Notes: generated by a model not told the origin, from the letters alone. A stretch of 64,000 nucleotides of DNA from an uncultured Bacteroidales bacterium (GCA_963844935.1 CAWJQH010000004.1:733058-797057); one strand, 5' to 3'. Positions 1 to 11,934 are shown, counted from the stretch's first letter. A program made the numbers and translations.

Positions 1-260
1 CCGATATGGTTCATCCGTCTGAAACGGCCATCGACTATATATGGGAGAAATTTTCCGCGGTATTTTTAGACAGTCCTGCACTCCGGCTGTGGAATGAGGC
101 TGCAAGGATCACCAGGGCAATGGCCCACCGCATCACCGGAGATAAGCGGGAAACGGCTCCCTTTGCCACTGCGATGCTTGACAGGATTACCGATCTTAAG
201 GCAAAAGCTCCGTTCATTGATCTCACTGCCGAGGAGGCATATTTCAGGGGCCTGTTATAA
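1..260 (+). CDS. GSCFA-domain protein, C-terminal fragment (starts before the window)
   Basis: DMVHPSETAIDYIWEKF resembles the C-terminus of Bacteroidota GSCFA-family proteins; reading frame is open to the left edge. Confidence 0.6.
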   Translation, partial: DMVHPSETAIDYIWEKFSAVFLDSPALRLWNEAARITRAMAHRITGDKRETAPFATAMLDRITDLKAKAPFIDLTAEEAYFRGLL

Positions 261-327
261 AAAGTTTTTATCCCTGCTGAACTTTTTACCTCATTTCCGG
301 GTTTGTTTCATAAAAACTGCACAAAAA

Positions 328-2724
328 ATGAAGACCAATTATATAATAATTCTGCTTTCAGCCATGATGTTTGCGGATCTTTCCGGACAATCGGGAGGAG
401 GAACCATCCGCGGCAAGGTGGTGGATGCAACTACAAACGAGCCGATTCCGTTTGCCAGCGTTGTGATATGGAACACAACCACTGGTGCAATGACCGATTT
501 TGACGGCAACTTCCTGTTTACAGGCCTGCAACCCGGATTTGTTGAGGTGAGGGTCTCGTATGTGGGTTACAAACCATACATTTCGGAAGGAGTGATGGTA
601 ACAAACAATAACGAGGTTAACCTGACAATCCCTATCGAATCAACCGTTGTGGGTATTTCTGACGTTGTAGTCAAGGCATCGCCTTTCCGCAAAAAAATAG
701 AGAGCCCGGTATCAGCAAGGATCATTGGTATTCAGGAGATCGAACTGAACCCGGGAGGCAACCGTGATATTTCGAAGGTTATTCAGTCTTTTCCCGGAGT
801 GGCTTCAACGCCTGCATTCAGGAATGATGTTATAGTCAGGGGAGGAGGTCCCAATGAAAACAGGTTCTTCGTTGATAATGTGGAAATTCCTTATCTCAAT
901 CACTTCTCGACGCAGGGGGCTTCGGGAGGGCCCGTGGGCATCATTAATGTCGATTTTGTCAGGTCGGTTGATTTTCTGTCAGGCGCATTTCCTTCCTCAA
1001 GAGGTAACGCCCTCAGTTCAGTCATGAACTTCAGCCTGATTGACGGCAACAAGGAGAAGAGAACGCTCAGGGCCACCCTGGGTGCTTCGGACATAGGCCT
1101 TACCTACAACGGCCCGGCAGGAGAAAAGGGCTCGCTCATTGTCTCTGCCCGGCGGTCATACCTGCAGTTTCTGTTCGGAGCGCTTGGCCTTCCGTTCCTT
1201 CCAACCTACAATGATTTTCAGTTCAAATACAAGGTCAATTTTGACCAGAAGAATGAACTGACAATTCTCGGCCTTGGTGCCAAGGATGATTTCAATCTGA
1301 ACCTTGAGGCGAATGAAACGGAATTCCAGCGGTATATCCTTGGTTATATTCCGACGCAGGAGCAGTACGGCTACACTGTGGGCGCTGTCTACAGGCATTT
1401 CCGTTCAAACGGTTCGGACATAGTTGTCTTAAGCCGCAACTACCTTAACAACACTCAGTACAAGTACCTAGACAATGATAAGTCAGACCCTGAAAACAAG
1501 ACCCTTGATTATAACAGCGGAGAGGGTGACATCAGGCTGAGGTATGAGGGAAACGTGATCTACCCCAGCACATTCAGGATCAGCTACGGAGCAGGTACTG
1601 AGATGTCGCGTTACAGGAATGACACCTTCAGGAAGATCTATACTGACGCCGGACCGGAAACCGAGATATACAGCACCAACCTTGTCTTTTTCAAGTACTC
1701 GGCCTTCGGTCAGGTAGGCAAGACGTTCATTGATGAGAAGCTGAGTCTTTCCTTCGGGCTGCGCACAGATGCCAACAGTTATTCTCCAGAAATGTCAAAT
1801 CCCTTTACGCAGATATCGCCCCGTCTTTCTGCATCATATTCCCTGACCGACATCATCAATCTGAATTTCAACACGGGCCGCTATTATCAGCTTCCGCCCT
1901 ATACCTCACTGGGGTATAAAGATAATTCAGACAATTATATCAATAAGGAAAACGGGATCAAATACATATATGCCGATCACATTGTGGCAGGCATTGAAGT
2001 CATTCCGGAAGAAACCCTCCAGTTTACAATGGAAGGGTTTTACAAAAAATACAACGACTATCCCTTCTCAGTCGCTGATCAGGTTCCGTTGTCCACCAAG
2101 AGCGCGGGTTACGGCATTTTCGGTGACGAAGAGCTTGTCTCGACAGCGATTGGCAGGGCATACGGACTTGAGCTCATGGGCCGGGTGAGGGAACTGAAGG
2201 GACTGAATGCCGTGTTTGCATACACCTTCGTAAGAAGCGAGTTTAAAGGTACTGATGATCAATACATTCCAACGGCCTGGGACAACAGGCACCTCTTCAG
2301 TCTGACAGCAACAAAAAAACTGGGGGAAACCTGGAATCTGGGGTTCAAATGGAGGTATGTCGGAGGGGCGCCTTATACACCTTATGATGTTGAGAAATCA
2401 TCGCTCATTGAAGCATGGGACGCCACCGGCCAGGGTTACCTCGACTACACAAAATATAACACAGAAAGACTGACGGCCTTTAACCAGCTTGATGTGAGGG
2501 TTGACAAGCAGTTTTACTTTAAGAAATGGTCACTGATGCTGTATGCTGACGTACAGAACATTTTGAATTTCAAGGCTGAACAGCCCGATCTGCTTATCCA
2601 GCAGACAGATGAGGCCGGTGTGCCGCTGATAGATCCGGAGGATTCCAGCCGTTATCTTCTCAAGTTTATTCCGGCAGACGTCGGGACCGTCCTTCCAACC
2701 GTCGGTATCATTATTGAAATTTAA
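328..2724 (+). CDS. TonB-dependent outer-membrane receptor with N-terminal carboxypeptidase-regulatory-like domain
   Basis: Signal peptide from ATG 328 (MKTNYIIILL); GTIRGKVVDATTNEPIPFASV N-domain; plug-like IQSFPGV...IVRGG; barrel-like C-terminus. Confidence 0.9.
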   Translation: MKTNYIIILLSAMMFADLSGQSGGGTIRGKVVDATTNEPIPFASVVIWNTTTGAMTDFDGNFLFTGLQPGFVEVRVSYVGYKPYISEGVMVTNNNEVNLTIPIESTVVGISDVVVKASPFRKKIESPVSARIIGIQEIELNPGGNRDISKVIQSFPGVASTPAFRNDVIVRGGGPNENRFFVDNVEIPYLNHFSTQGASGGPVGIINVDFVRSVDFLSGAFPSSRGNALSSVMNFSLIDGNKEKRTLRATLGASDIGLTYNGPAGEKGSLIVSARRSYLQFLFGALGLPFLPTYNDFQFKYKVNFDQKNELTILGLGAKDDFNLNLEANETEFQRYILGYIPTQEQYGYTVGAVYRHFRSNGSDIVVLSRNYLNNTQYKYLDNDKSDPENKTLDYNSGEGDIRLRYEGNVIYPSTFRISYGAGTEMSRYRNDTFRKIYTDAGPETEIYSTNLVFFKYSAFGQVGKTFIDEKLSLSFGLRTDANSYSPEMSNPFTQISPRLSASYSLTDIINLNFNTGRYYQLPPYTSLGYKDNSDNYINKENGIKYIYADHIVAGIEVIPEETLQFTMEGFYKKYNDYPFSVADQVPLSTKSAGYGIFGDEELVSTAIGRAYGLELMGRVRELKGLNAVFAYTFVRSEFKGTDDQYIPTAWDNRHLFSLTATKKLGETWNLGFKWRYVGGAPYTPYDVEKSSLIEAWDATGQGYLDYTKYNTERLTAFNQLDVRVDKQFYFKKWSLMLYADVQNILNFKAEQPDLLIQQTDEAGVPLIDPEDSSRYLLKFIPADVGTVLPTVGIIIEI

Positions 2725-2735
2725 AAAGGAGAGAG

Positions 2736-3485
2736 ATGAAATACGTTATAATTGCTTTAATGGTGTTTTTTGCCGCATGCTCGGCAAAGCCCACCACATC
2801 AAAAACTGCTGATAAGCAGAAGTTTACTGATTTGCAGACAAACACTTCCGGTACCGGACCTGCAATTGAAGTGAAGTTTTACGGGGGTTCGTCGCTTTAT
2901 TATCCGCTTATGGCCGTATGGCTTGAGGATGAAAAGGGCGGTTACATTCAAACTATGTTCGTACCCAAAACCATTGCTACGGGTATCTTCAGGTACGGAT
3001 CTGATGCTTCCGGGAAATGGGTTGAAGCACCTAAAAGGGCACCCCAGACTTTGCCTTACTGGTCTCACAAGAGGGGCATAAAAGCTTCTGACGGACTATA
3101 TATGCCTGAACCGGAGAATCCTGTTCCTGATGCATACAGCGGTGCCACACCTGTGACCAGCTTCACCCTCACTGCCCATGCTGACGGACCATTGCCGGAG
3201 AAGTTCAGGGTTATGTTCGAGATCAATCAGAACTGGGACTGGAATAAGTACTGGACCAATGACAAATTCCCGGGAGACAAAAACTACCTTAATTCAGCAC
3301 AGCCGGCTGTTGTTTATGAGAGCATTGTCGATCAGAAAGAGCTTCAGGACAGGTATATCATGAAGCCTATAGGACACAGTCATCCTGCAGGACAGACGGG
3401 TGAACTGTTCACAGACCTCAGCACTCTTACAACAGCGTTGCAGATTGCAGATTCAATAGTAGTTAAGATTGTTCCTCAGATATAA
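2736..3485 (+). CDS. Lipoprotein, DUF2271-like
   Basis: Lipobox FAAC; MAVWLEDEKGGYIQT and PDAYSGATP motifs; starts 11 bp after the receptor. Confidence 0.6.
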   Translation: MKYVIIALMVFFAACSAKPTTSKTADKQKFTDLQTNTSGTGPAIEVKFYGGSSLYYPLMAVWLEDEKGGYIQTMFVPKTIATGIFRYGSDASGKWVEAPKRAPQTLPYWSHKRGIKASDGLYMPEPENPVPDAYSGATPVTSFTLTAHADGPLPEKFRVMFEINQNWDWNKYWTNDKFPGDKNYLNSAQPAVVYESIVDQKELQDRYIMKPIGHSHPAGQTGELFTDLSTLTTALQIADSIVVKIVPQI

Positions 3486-3502
3486 TCCGGAAGGGGCATT
3501 TT

Positions 3503-4402
3503 TCAGAGGCTGTCTGCCCATTCTGCCAGTCCGGCGGGGGAGCAGACAGCTTCTGTTTTACCCTTGACCCATGACCCGCTGCTGTCATAGCGTCCTGTGA
3601 CAAGTATTTTCTTCAGCTTCAGTTCACGGGTAAGGGTGTTTGAAAATCTTTTTACTTCATCATCAGGTTCGGAAGCCGGCAGGTTGACAGCAAGGATTGT
3701 AAAAGGCCTGATTGAATGAATGCCCCTTATGTCTTCCGCTGACAGGGTACCTTCCGTATAGACGGTTTCGATGCCTTTTTTCCTGAGAAGACACTTGAGG
3801 AACACCAGGTTGTTTTCCGCCTCATTACCGCCCAGGTTGATAATGGCCGCGTTCTGGCCGGTCAGGGCAGTGGCCGGGGACATATCTTGCGAAATAATTA
3901 CGGTCCTGATAACATGCCTGATGAACTGTTCCTGCGGCTTCGAGATACATCCGGTCAGCCACAGGGCCTTGGCCTTCTGCATCAGCGGATAAAACACTTT
4001 GATATAAGCCTCTCTGATACCTAATTCCCGTATAAACAGGTTAAGCCGTTGCCTGAACTCTTCCTCACTGAACCTCAGTGCAGAAATAATCAGGTCGCCG
4101 GGTTTGAACGTCCCGTCACCGGTTTCGTCTCCTGTTTCTTTCTTCAGAACTTCATGCAACAGATCATTGTCGTTAAGCTGCGAAATCTTTGAAATCTTCA
4201 GTCCGTTACGGTTAAGTATGGAGACGGTGATGAGCTTCTTGAGCTCTTCTTCCGTATAATGTCTTATGTTCGAATCGCTTCTTTCAGGTGTGAGTATTCC
4301 GTATCTTTTCTCCCACATCCTGATCGTGTGGGCTTTGATGCCACAGAAGTTTTCAAGATCCTTTATTGAATATGTTCTGCTTCCAGCATTCATCTCTCTC
4401 AT
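3503..4402 (-). CDS. MerR-family regulator with CarH/LitR-like architecture
   Basis: MerR HTH YSIKDLENFCGIKAHTIRMWEKRY; C-terminal part resembles the B12-binding module but the His motifs are degenerate. Confidence 0.8.
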   Translation of the reverse strand: MREMNAGSRTYSIKDLENFCGIKAHTIRMWEKRYGILTPERSDSNIRHYTEEELKKLITVSILNRNGLKISKISQLNDNDLLHEVLKKETGDETGDGTFKPGDLIISALRFSEEEFRQRLNLFIRELGIREAYIKVFYPLMQKAKALWLTGCISKPQEQFIRHVIRTVIISQDMSPATALTGQNAAIINLGGNEAENNLVFLKCLLRKKGIETVYTEGTLSAEDIRGIHSIRPFTILAVNLPASEPDDEVKRFSNTLTRELKLKKILVTGRYDSSGSWVKGKTEAVCSPAGLAEWADSL

Positions 4403-4551
4403 TATTTATAACTCAATGATTATAACAATGAGATGATGTAAAAGTTTACAGGTTACCGCTTTCCGCAGGAATTTTAAGGCAATTGTTTTACAGGGGCGAC
4501 CACTTCAACATAATCCAAAAAAGTCGTAAATTCGCAGTTCATTGGTATTTG

Positions 4552-5796
4552 ATGAAGGAATTACAGAGTATAAAACAGAGATTTGGGATTATCGGCAATC
4601 ATGAAGGGCTCAACAGGGCGCTTGACATTGCAGTACAGGTAGCCCCCACTGATCTCTCCGTACTCATTACCGGTGAGAGCGGCACCGGCAAGGAGGTGTT
4701 CCCGCAGGTGATACACACATACAGCCTGCGCAAGCACGGTCCGTATATTGCCGTCAACTGCGGTGCCATTCCCGAAGGAACGATAAACTCAGAGCTTTTC
4801 GGCCATGAAAAAGGCGCCTTCACGGGAGCGACAGACAGCAGGAAGGGGTATTTCGAGGTTGCCGACGAAGGAACCATCTTTCTTGACGAAGTGGCTGAAC
4901 TTCCGCTATCAACACAGGTCAGGCTTCTAAGGGTGCTCGAGTCAGGGGAATTTATCAGGGTGGGATCATCAAAGGTGCAGAAGACAAATGTGCGGGTAAT
5001 AACCGCTACCAATATTGATATTGTTCAGGCTGTCTCTTCAGGCAGGTTCCGCGAGGACCTGTTTTACAGGCTCAACACAGTGCCTGTGAGGGTGCCTCCG
5101 CTGAGGGAGAGAGGAGAAGACATCATCCTGCTTTTCCGGAAGTTTGCCGTGGATTTCGCTGAGCGTTACCGCATGCCTGCAATCAGGCCTGACGGTCCTG
5201 CCAGGGAGATGCTGATAAATTATTACTGGCCGGGCAATGTCAGGCAGCTTAAGAACATCACTGAGCAGATATCCGTTATTGAGCAGGAACGTGAAGTTAC
5301 TGCAGTCATGCTGTCGCACTATCTGCCTGATTATGAAAGCGGGCGTCTTCCTGTTCCCGTCAGAAGTCCGGAAGGGAAAAACTTCAGTTCGGAAAGAGAG
5401 ATTCTATATAAGGTCCTCTTCGATATGAAGAGCGATATGCATGACCTGAAAAATCTTGTCTATGAGATGCTCAGCGCGGGAGGTGAAGTCACCGGCCTCA
5501 CTGAGACAGGTGTCAGGTCAGCGCGCAATCTTTTCAATGACAGTGCTGTACGCAAGGAGAGCATTGAGCCCCTGCGGCCGGTCACGGTTGGTTTCGGCAC
5601 ACCCAGGGAAAGAAACGATATACAGGATACTGAAGAGGTGGTTGAGGAATCGCTCTCACTGACTGACCGTGAGAAGGAGCTGATAATAAAGGCGCTCGAC
5701 AAGAACAACGGCAAACGCAAGCTGGCAGCGTCTGAGCTGGGTATTTCAGAGAGAACCCTGTACAGAAAAATCAAGGAATATGGTCTTGATACGTAA
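4552..5796 (+). CDS. Sigma-54-dependent Fis-family enhancer-binding protein
   Basis: Walker A GESGTGKE, GAFTGA loop, Walker B FLDE, C-terminal Fis HTH (LGISERTLYRKIKEY); ATG at 4552. Confidence 0.92.
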   Translation: MKELQSIKQRFGIIGNHEGLNRALDIAVQVAPTDLSVLITGESGTGKEVFPQVIHTYSLRKHGPYIAVNCGAIPEGTINSELFGHEKGAFTGATDSRKGYFEVADEGTIFLDEVAELPLSTQVRLLRVLESGEFIRVGSSKVQKTNVRVITATNIDIVQAVSSGRFREDLFYRLNTVPVRVPPLRERGEDIILLFRKFAVDFAERYRMPAIRPDGPAREMLINYYWPGNVRQLKNITEQISVIEQEREVTAVMLSHYLPDYESGRLPVPVRSPEGKNFSSEREILYKVLFDMKSDMHDLKNLVYEMLSAGGEVTGLTETGVRSARNLFNDSAVRKESIEPLRPVTVGFGTPRERNDIQDTEEVVEESLSLTDREKELIIKALDKNNGKRKLAASELGISERTLYRKIKEYGLDT

Positions 5797-6304
5797 TATA
5801 CCAAGGGTAATCATTACGCTGATACTCCTTGTCATGACTGAGAGCTGCGGGGTAAAAATAGGCTACTCATTTTCAGGAGTATCTGTTTCACCTGAGGTTA
5901 AAACTTTCAGTGTGGCAAACTTTCAGAACAGGGCCAGCCTTGTACAGCCCGGACTGTCACAGAGGCTCACCGACGCCCTGATGGATATGTGCCAGGCACA
6001 GACAAACCTTGATATGGTAACCTCAGGCGGTGATGTCAGCTTTGAGGGCGACATAACTGACTACAGAACGCAGCCTCTTACTGTCAGCGGCGATGAGCAG
6101 GCTGCCAGTAACCGTTTTTCAATCAGCGTCAGGGTAAAGTTCGTCAACACAGTTGATACCGAACTGAGTTATGAGCAGACGTTCACCCGTTATCAGGATT
6201 ATGACAGCTCGCTTGATCTGAGTGCGGTGGAGGTTGAGCTGGCTGAGGAGATTAGCAAGATGCTCATTGAGGATATCTTTAATAAGGCTTTTGTCAACTG
6301 GTGA
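5780..6304 (+). CDS. lptE: LptE-family LPS assembly lipoprotein
   Basis: Lipobox ESC, YSFSG motif, C-terminal EDIFNKAFVNW; usual Bacteroidota position after the sigma-54 activator. Confidence 0.7.
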   Translation: MVLIRNIPRVIITLILLVMTESCGVKIGYSFSGVSVSPEVKTFSVANFQNRASLVQPGLSQRLTDALMDMCQAQTNLDMVTSGGDVSFEGDITDYRTQPLTVSGDEQAASNRFSISVRVKFVNTVDTELSYEQTFTRYQDYDSSLDLSAVEVELAEEISKMLIEDIFNKAFVNW

Positions 6305-6313
6305 CCCTGACCC

Positions 6314-7967
6314 ATGAACAGGAATGAATTCAACCGGTTTGTTGCCGGCGGTGCCCTGCCGGGCCCCGGAGATCTCGAGGGCCTGAGGGAACTGACACTC
6401 CTTTTTCCGTGGTTTCATTCCGCGCACCTGGTGCTGCTGCGGGGACTGAAGGAGAATTCCGATGTCAGGTTTGATTCGCAGCTGAAGGCATCAGCCCTCT
6501 CCGTTTCTGACAGGGAGGTGCTCTATCATTATCTCTTCATGCAACCGGAAGCTGAGGTTGCCGGGGAGGTGGCTGCACAGGAAGAAATCAGGATTGAAGA
6601 AGTGGTGCAGGAACCGACTGCTCAGGAGGAAATCAGGATTGAAGAAGTGGTGCAGGAACTGGCTGGAGAAGAGAAGGAGAGAGTCTGGGAAGTCGTGCCC
6701 GAGGAAGCAGTGCCGGAAGGGATCGCTCCGGAAGAAGCTGCACCGGAAGAAATAGTGCAGGAAGAAACCTTCCCGGAAGAACCAGTCGCACGGAAGAAAT
6801 TCCGGTTGCCGGAAGAAATCGCTCATCCGGAGACTGTCGCGGAAGAAATTGTGCCGGAGGAAGCTGTAGCGGAATATCTCCCGCAGGAGCAGGTTGCATC
6901 ATCGCCGGTGGATGAAATTATATCTCCCGCAGAAGAGGTTATGGCACCCCCGGCAGAAGAAGTTTTAACTTCATCAGACGAGTTTATAGCACCGTCTAAA
7001 GAAGAAATTATAACTCCCGCGGACGAGTTTATAGCACTGCCGGAAGAGGAAGTTGCAACTCCCGCAGAAAATGTTACAGTACTGCCGGTGGAGGAAGTTG
7101 TAACTCCTTCAGCGGAGAGTGAGGCTCCACCCTTGGAGGAAGAACTGTCTCCGGTGATCACTGAAGAGGCAGTTACTGCTTCGGTCGCGGAAGATTTAAC
7201 CCTCCGGACCAGGGAAGAGCTGATGGCTGAGATTGAGGCGAGACTTCAGGAACTGTCGTCTGTGCATGAAGAGATTCTTGAACTGGTTGCTGAAGCTCCG
7301 CCGGTTCAGGAGGCAATTGTTGAGGAAACAGAAGTTGCGGCAACCCCGGAGGCAATTGCCGTGGATGAAGAAACTGCGGCAACCCCGCAGGCAAATGTGG
7401 AGGCGGCAGAAACAGCTGCCACCCCCGAAGCAATTGCCGCGGATGCAGAAGTTGTCGAAATCCCCGGAGCAATTGCCGCGGATGCAGAAGCAGCCGTAAC
7501 CCCGGAAGCAATTATTGAGGTTGCAGAAGCTGTCGAAATCCCCGAAGCAATTGTCGCAGAGGCCGCAGAGGTTAAGGGCACCTGAAGAAACTGTTGAGGA
7601 AGAGGAAGAAGAGGAGGAGCCTGAACTGCCCGCTGAAGAGCTGATGGAGTTTATTGAAGAGAGCGAACCGGCAGCAGAAGTGACCCCCGCCCGGCTGTCA
7701 GCACAGGACCTGATCGACAGGTTCATAAAGAGCAGTCCTACCCTTGAAAGGATGGCACCTGCCGCAACCCAGCCCGTCAGGGACCTGTCGGAGCCAGGCA
7801 CGGAAGAGCAGGGATCTTTTATAACCGAGACCCTGGCAAAGATTTATATAAACCAGGGGTATTACAGCAGAGCGATAAATATTTATGAGAAACTCTCTTT
7901 GCAATATCCGGAAAAAAGTGCTTACTTTGCAGGCCGTATTGAAAAAATTAACGATCTAATAAAATAA
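6314..7967 (+). CDS. Conserved hypothetical protein with long acidic repeat linker and TPR-like C-terminus; frameshift near 7577
   Basis: N-terminal LFPWFHSAHL block (ORF 6314-7585) and C-terminal FITETLAKIYINQGYY...YPEKSAYFA block (ORF 7515-7967) join if one G of GGG at 7576-7578 is removed. Confidence 0.7.
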
Positions 7968-7974
7968 GGAAACA

Positions 7975-8325
7975 ATGGGCATTTATATTTTAGTTTCAAT
8001 CCTGGTGCTTATAGCCTGCGTTCTTGTGATCATGGTTGTGCTTGTTCAGAATTCAAAGGGAGGCGGCCTGGCTGCGAACTTTACATCTGCCGGCCAGTCG
8101 ATGGGCGTCAGGAAAACGGCTGACTTCCTTGAGAAATCAACATGGACGCTCGCCGCTGCAATAGTACTTCTTTGCCTTGTGGCTACAGCCTCAATTCCAA
8201 GGGGACAGAGCCAGGAGTCAGTCATCAAATCGTCAATCGAAAGAGCTCAGGATCCCACAGCCATTCCAACCCTGCCAACTCCTGTTCCGCAGGAAGAACA
8301 GCAGAATGACGGCGGAAACAAATAA
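7975..8325 (+). CDS. secG: Preprotein translocase subunit SecG
   Basis: VLVQNSKGGGL and DFLEKSTWTLA motifs; two TM helices. Confidence 0.92.
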   Translation: MGIYILVSILVLIACVLVIMVVLVQNSKGGGLAANFTSAGQSMGVRKTADFLEKSTWTLAAAIVLLCLVATASIPRGQSQESVIKSSIERAQDPTAIPTLPTPVPQEEQQNDGGNK

Positions 8326-8347
8326 GAATGACATTAATATTATACAG

Positions 8348-8379
8348 AAGTGTCAGTTTGTCATGAACTGACACTTTTT
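8348..8379 (+). terminator. Hairpin after secG (intrinsic terminator and/or operator)
   Basis: AAGTGTCAGTT-N7-AACTGACACTT followed by a T run. Confidence 0.55.
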
Positions 8380-8452
8380 GTTTGTCAAAAACCTTTTGGC
8401 ACAGATTATGAGATTCTCAGGCAGGAAAAATATTGTTTAACTTATAAAACTA

Positions 8453-8737
8453 ATGAAAATGGCACAATTAAAAGGAAAAGTGCTGGCAGGTAAGGTTCTC
8501 ATCAAGCCCCAGGAGGCAGAAGAGAAGACCGCCAGCGGTATTATTATCCCCAATTCAGCGAAGGAAAAACCCCGCGCAGGCACTGTTATTCTTGTAGGTG
8601 CTGCCAAGAAGGATGAAGAGATGGAACTCAAAAAGGGTGATGTTGTTCTCTATGGCAAATACTCCGGTCAGGAACTGACGATTGACGGTACAGACTATCT
8701 TCTTCTGTCACAGACTGATGTCCTTTATATTTCGTAA
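8453..8737 (+). CDS. groES: Co-chaperonin GroES
   Basis: [11 protein letters not shown] mobile loop; [11 protein letters not shown]. Confidence 0.96.
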   Translation: MKMAQLKGKVLAGKVLIKPQEAEEKTASGIIIPNSAKEKPRAGTVILVGAAKKDEEMELKKGDVVLYGKYSGQELTIDGTDYLLLSQTDVLYIS

Positions 8738-8746
8738 CAACCGTAA

Positions 8747-10393
<1,647 letters not shown>

Positions 10394-10413
10394 CAGCTGA
10401 TAAATTCATGAGG

Positions 10414-10444
10414 AAGCTGCTCCGGAAACGGGGCAGCTTTTTTT
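10414..10444 (+). terminator. Rho-independent terminator of groESL
   Basis: AAGCTGCTCCG-GAAA-CGGGGCAGCTT plus T tract. Confidence 0.85.
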
Positions 10445-10530
10445 ATTCTGCGGTGACTTCACCGGACCTGCAAACTATCGTTTGTTAGGTTCAGGAATTC
10501 GTCTCATCTTTGCTGAATTATTTTTATTTC

Positions 10531-11901
10531 ATGGCAGATCCGCGACAGGTAAGCAATCTTGAGAACGAGAAAATCGGGAAGTTGATGTGGAGTTACTTTC
10601 TTCCCGCCTTTGCCTCCATGATGGCAAACGCTCTTTATAACATTGTTGACAGGATATATATTGGACAGGGAGTTGATGCCCTTGCTCTCGCGGGTCTCAG
10701 CGTGATCTTCCCCCTCATGATCATCATAATGGCTTTCGGGATGCTGGTAGGCATGGGCTCGGCAGTACGTATCTCGCTCAGCCTGGGAGAGAAGGATTAT
10801 GTCAGGGCGAACAGGATACTGGGGAATGCGCTCTTCCTTGCATTCACGCTGGGCATAGTGCTGATGATTGCGGGTTTTCTGGTGCGTGACAAGGTGCTGA
10901 TGATTTTCGGGGCAGGACCGGAGACATTGAAATATGCATCAGATTATTTTGTCATAATCCTGATCGGAATACCCTTTGCGATGACAGGCTATGCGCTCAA
11001 TAACATAATCAGGGCAGAGGGTAATCCGCGCATTGCGATGGTTTCCATTTTCATCAGTGCCGGAATAAATATCATTCTTGATCCGATCCTTATCTTCGGT
11101 TTTGACATGGGAGTAAAGGGCGCTGCATATGCGACAATATTCTCGCAATTCGTCCTTTTTGCCTGGGTTTTGTTTCATTTCCGCGGTAAAAAGAGCATCG
11201 TCAAACTCTATATTCCGAATATTTACCCCGATCCGTACATCATAAAACATATTATCTCAATAGGTTTTGCTCCCTTTGCCATGAATGTGGCAGCGAGTGT
11301 TGTCACTGCCATAATGAACACCCAGTTCATCAAATACGGCGGCGATATCGCCGTAGGCGCCATGGGTATAGTCAGCAGCACCACAATGATGATGGTGATG
11401 ACTATAATAGCAATAAATATGGCCATCCAGCCAATAATCGGGTTCAATTATGGCGCCGGACTCTACTGCCGTGTCAAGGAGACGGCTGTAAAGGCGATCA
11501 GGTACGGTACTCTGGTTGCCACCGGAGGGTGGCTGATATGCATGCTGATCCCGGGTATCGTGATAAGCATCTTTAACCATGATAATATGGAACTCAGGGA
11601 GGCTGGTGTCATGGGCCTCCGTATATACTGTTCAGTCCTGCCCGTTGTCGGATTCCAGATCGTCGCCTCAAGCTACTTTCAGGCAATCGGCCAGGCAAAG
11701 CTTGCAACCTTCCTGTCGCTGCTGAGACAGATCATAGTATTATTGCCGCTTATACTTCTGCTTCCGAAACTCTGGGGCATTGAAGGTGTGTGGATTGCAA
11801 ACCCGGTGTCAGATCTGGTGGCAGCTATTATCACTTTCATCTTCTTCCGTAAGGAGCTGAAGAAACTGAACTGCGGGATCTCCGCTACAGATGTCAACTA
11901 A
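10531..11901 (+). CDS. MATE-family efflux transporter
   Basis: About 12 hydrophobic segments; ALYNIVDRIYIG, GVKGAAYAT and QPIIGFNYGA motifs. Confidence 0.9.
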   Translation: MADPRQVSNLENEKIGKLMWSYFLPAFASMMANALYNIVDRIYIGQGVDALALAGLSVIFPLMIIIMAFGMLVGMGSAVRISLSLGEKDYVRANRILGNALFLAFTLGIVLMIAGFLVRDKVLMIFGAGPETLKYASDYFVIILIGIPFAMTGYALNNIIRAEGNPRIAMVSIFISAGINIILDPILIFGFDMGVKGAAYATIFSQFVLFAWVLFHFRGKKSIVKLYIPNIYPDPYIIKHIISIGFAPFAMNVAASVVTAIMNTQFIKYGGDIAVGAMGIVSSTTMMMVMTIIAINMAIQPIIGFNYGAGLYCRVKETAVKAIRYGTLVATGGWLICMLIPGIVISIFNHDNMELREAGVMGLRIYCSVLPVVGFQIVASSYFQAIGQAKLATFLSLLRQIIVLLPLILLLPKLWGIEGVWIANPVSDLVAAIITFIFFRKELKKLNCGISATDVN

Positions 11902-11918
11902 TAAAGGGTCAAATTATC

Positions 11919-11926
11919 TATATTTG
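11919..11926 (+). promoter_or_regulatory. Bacteroidota -7 promoter box of lepA
   Basis: TATATTTG matches TAnnTTTG just upstream of lepA. Confidence 0.55.
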
Positions 11927-11934
11927 CACCTGAA

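Noticed and set aside
94-327. 78-aa N-terminal extension of the TonB receptor ORF
   Set aside because: It overlaps the upstream gene, and the signal peptide starts at ATG 328.
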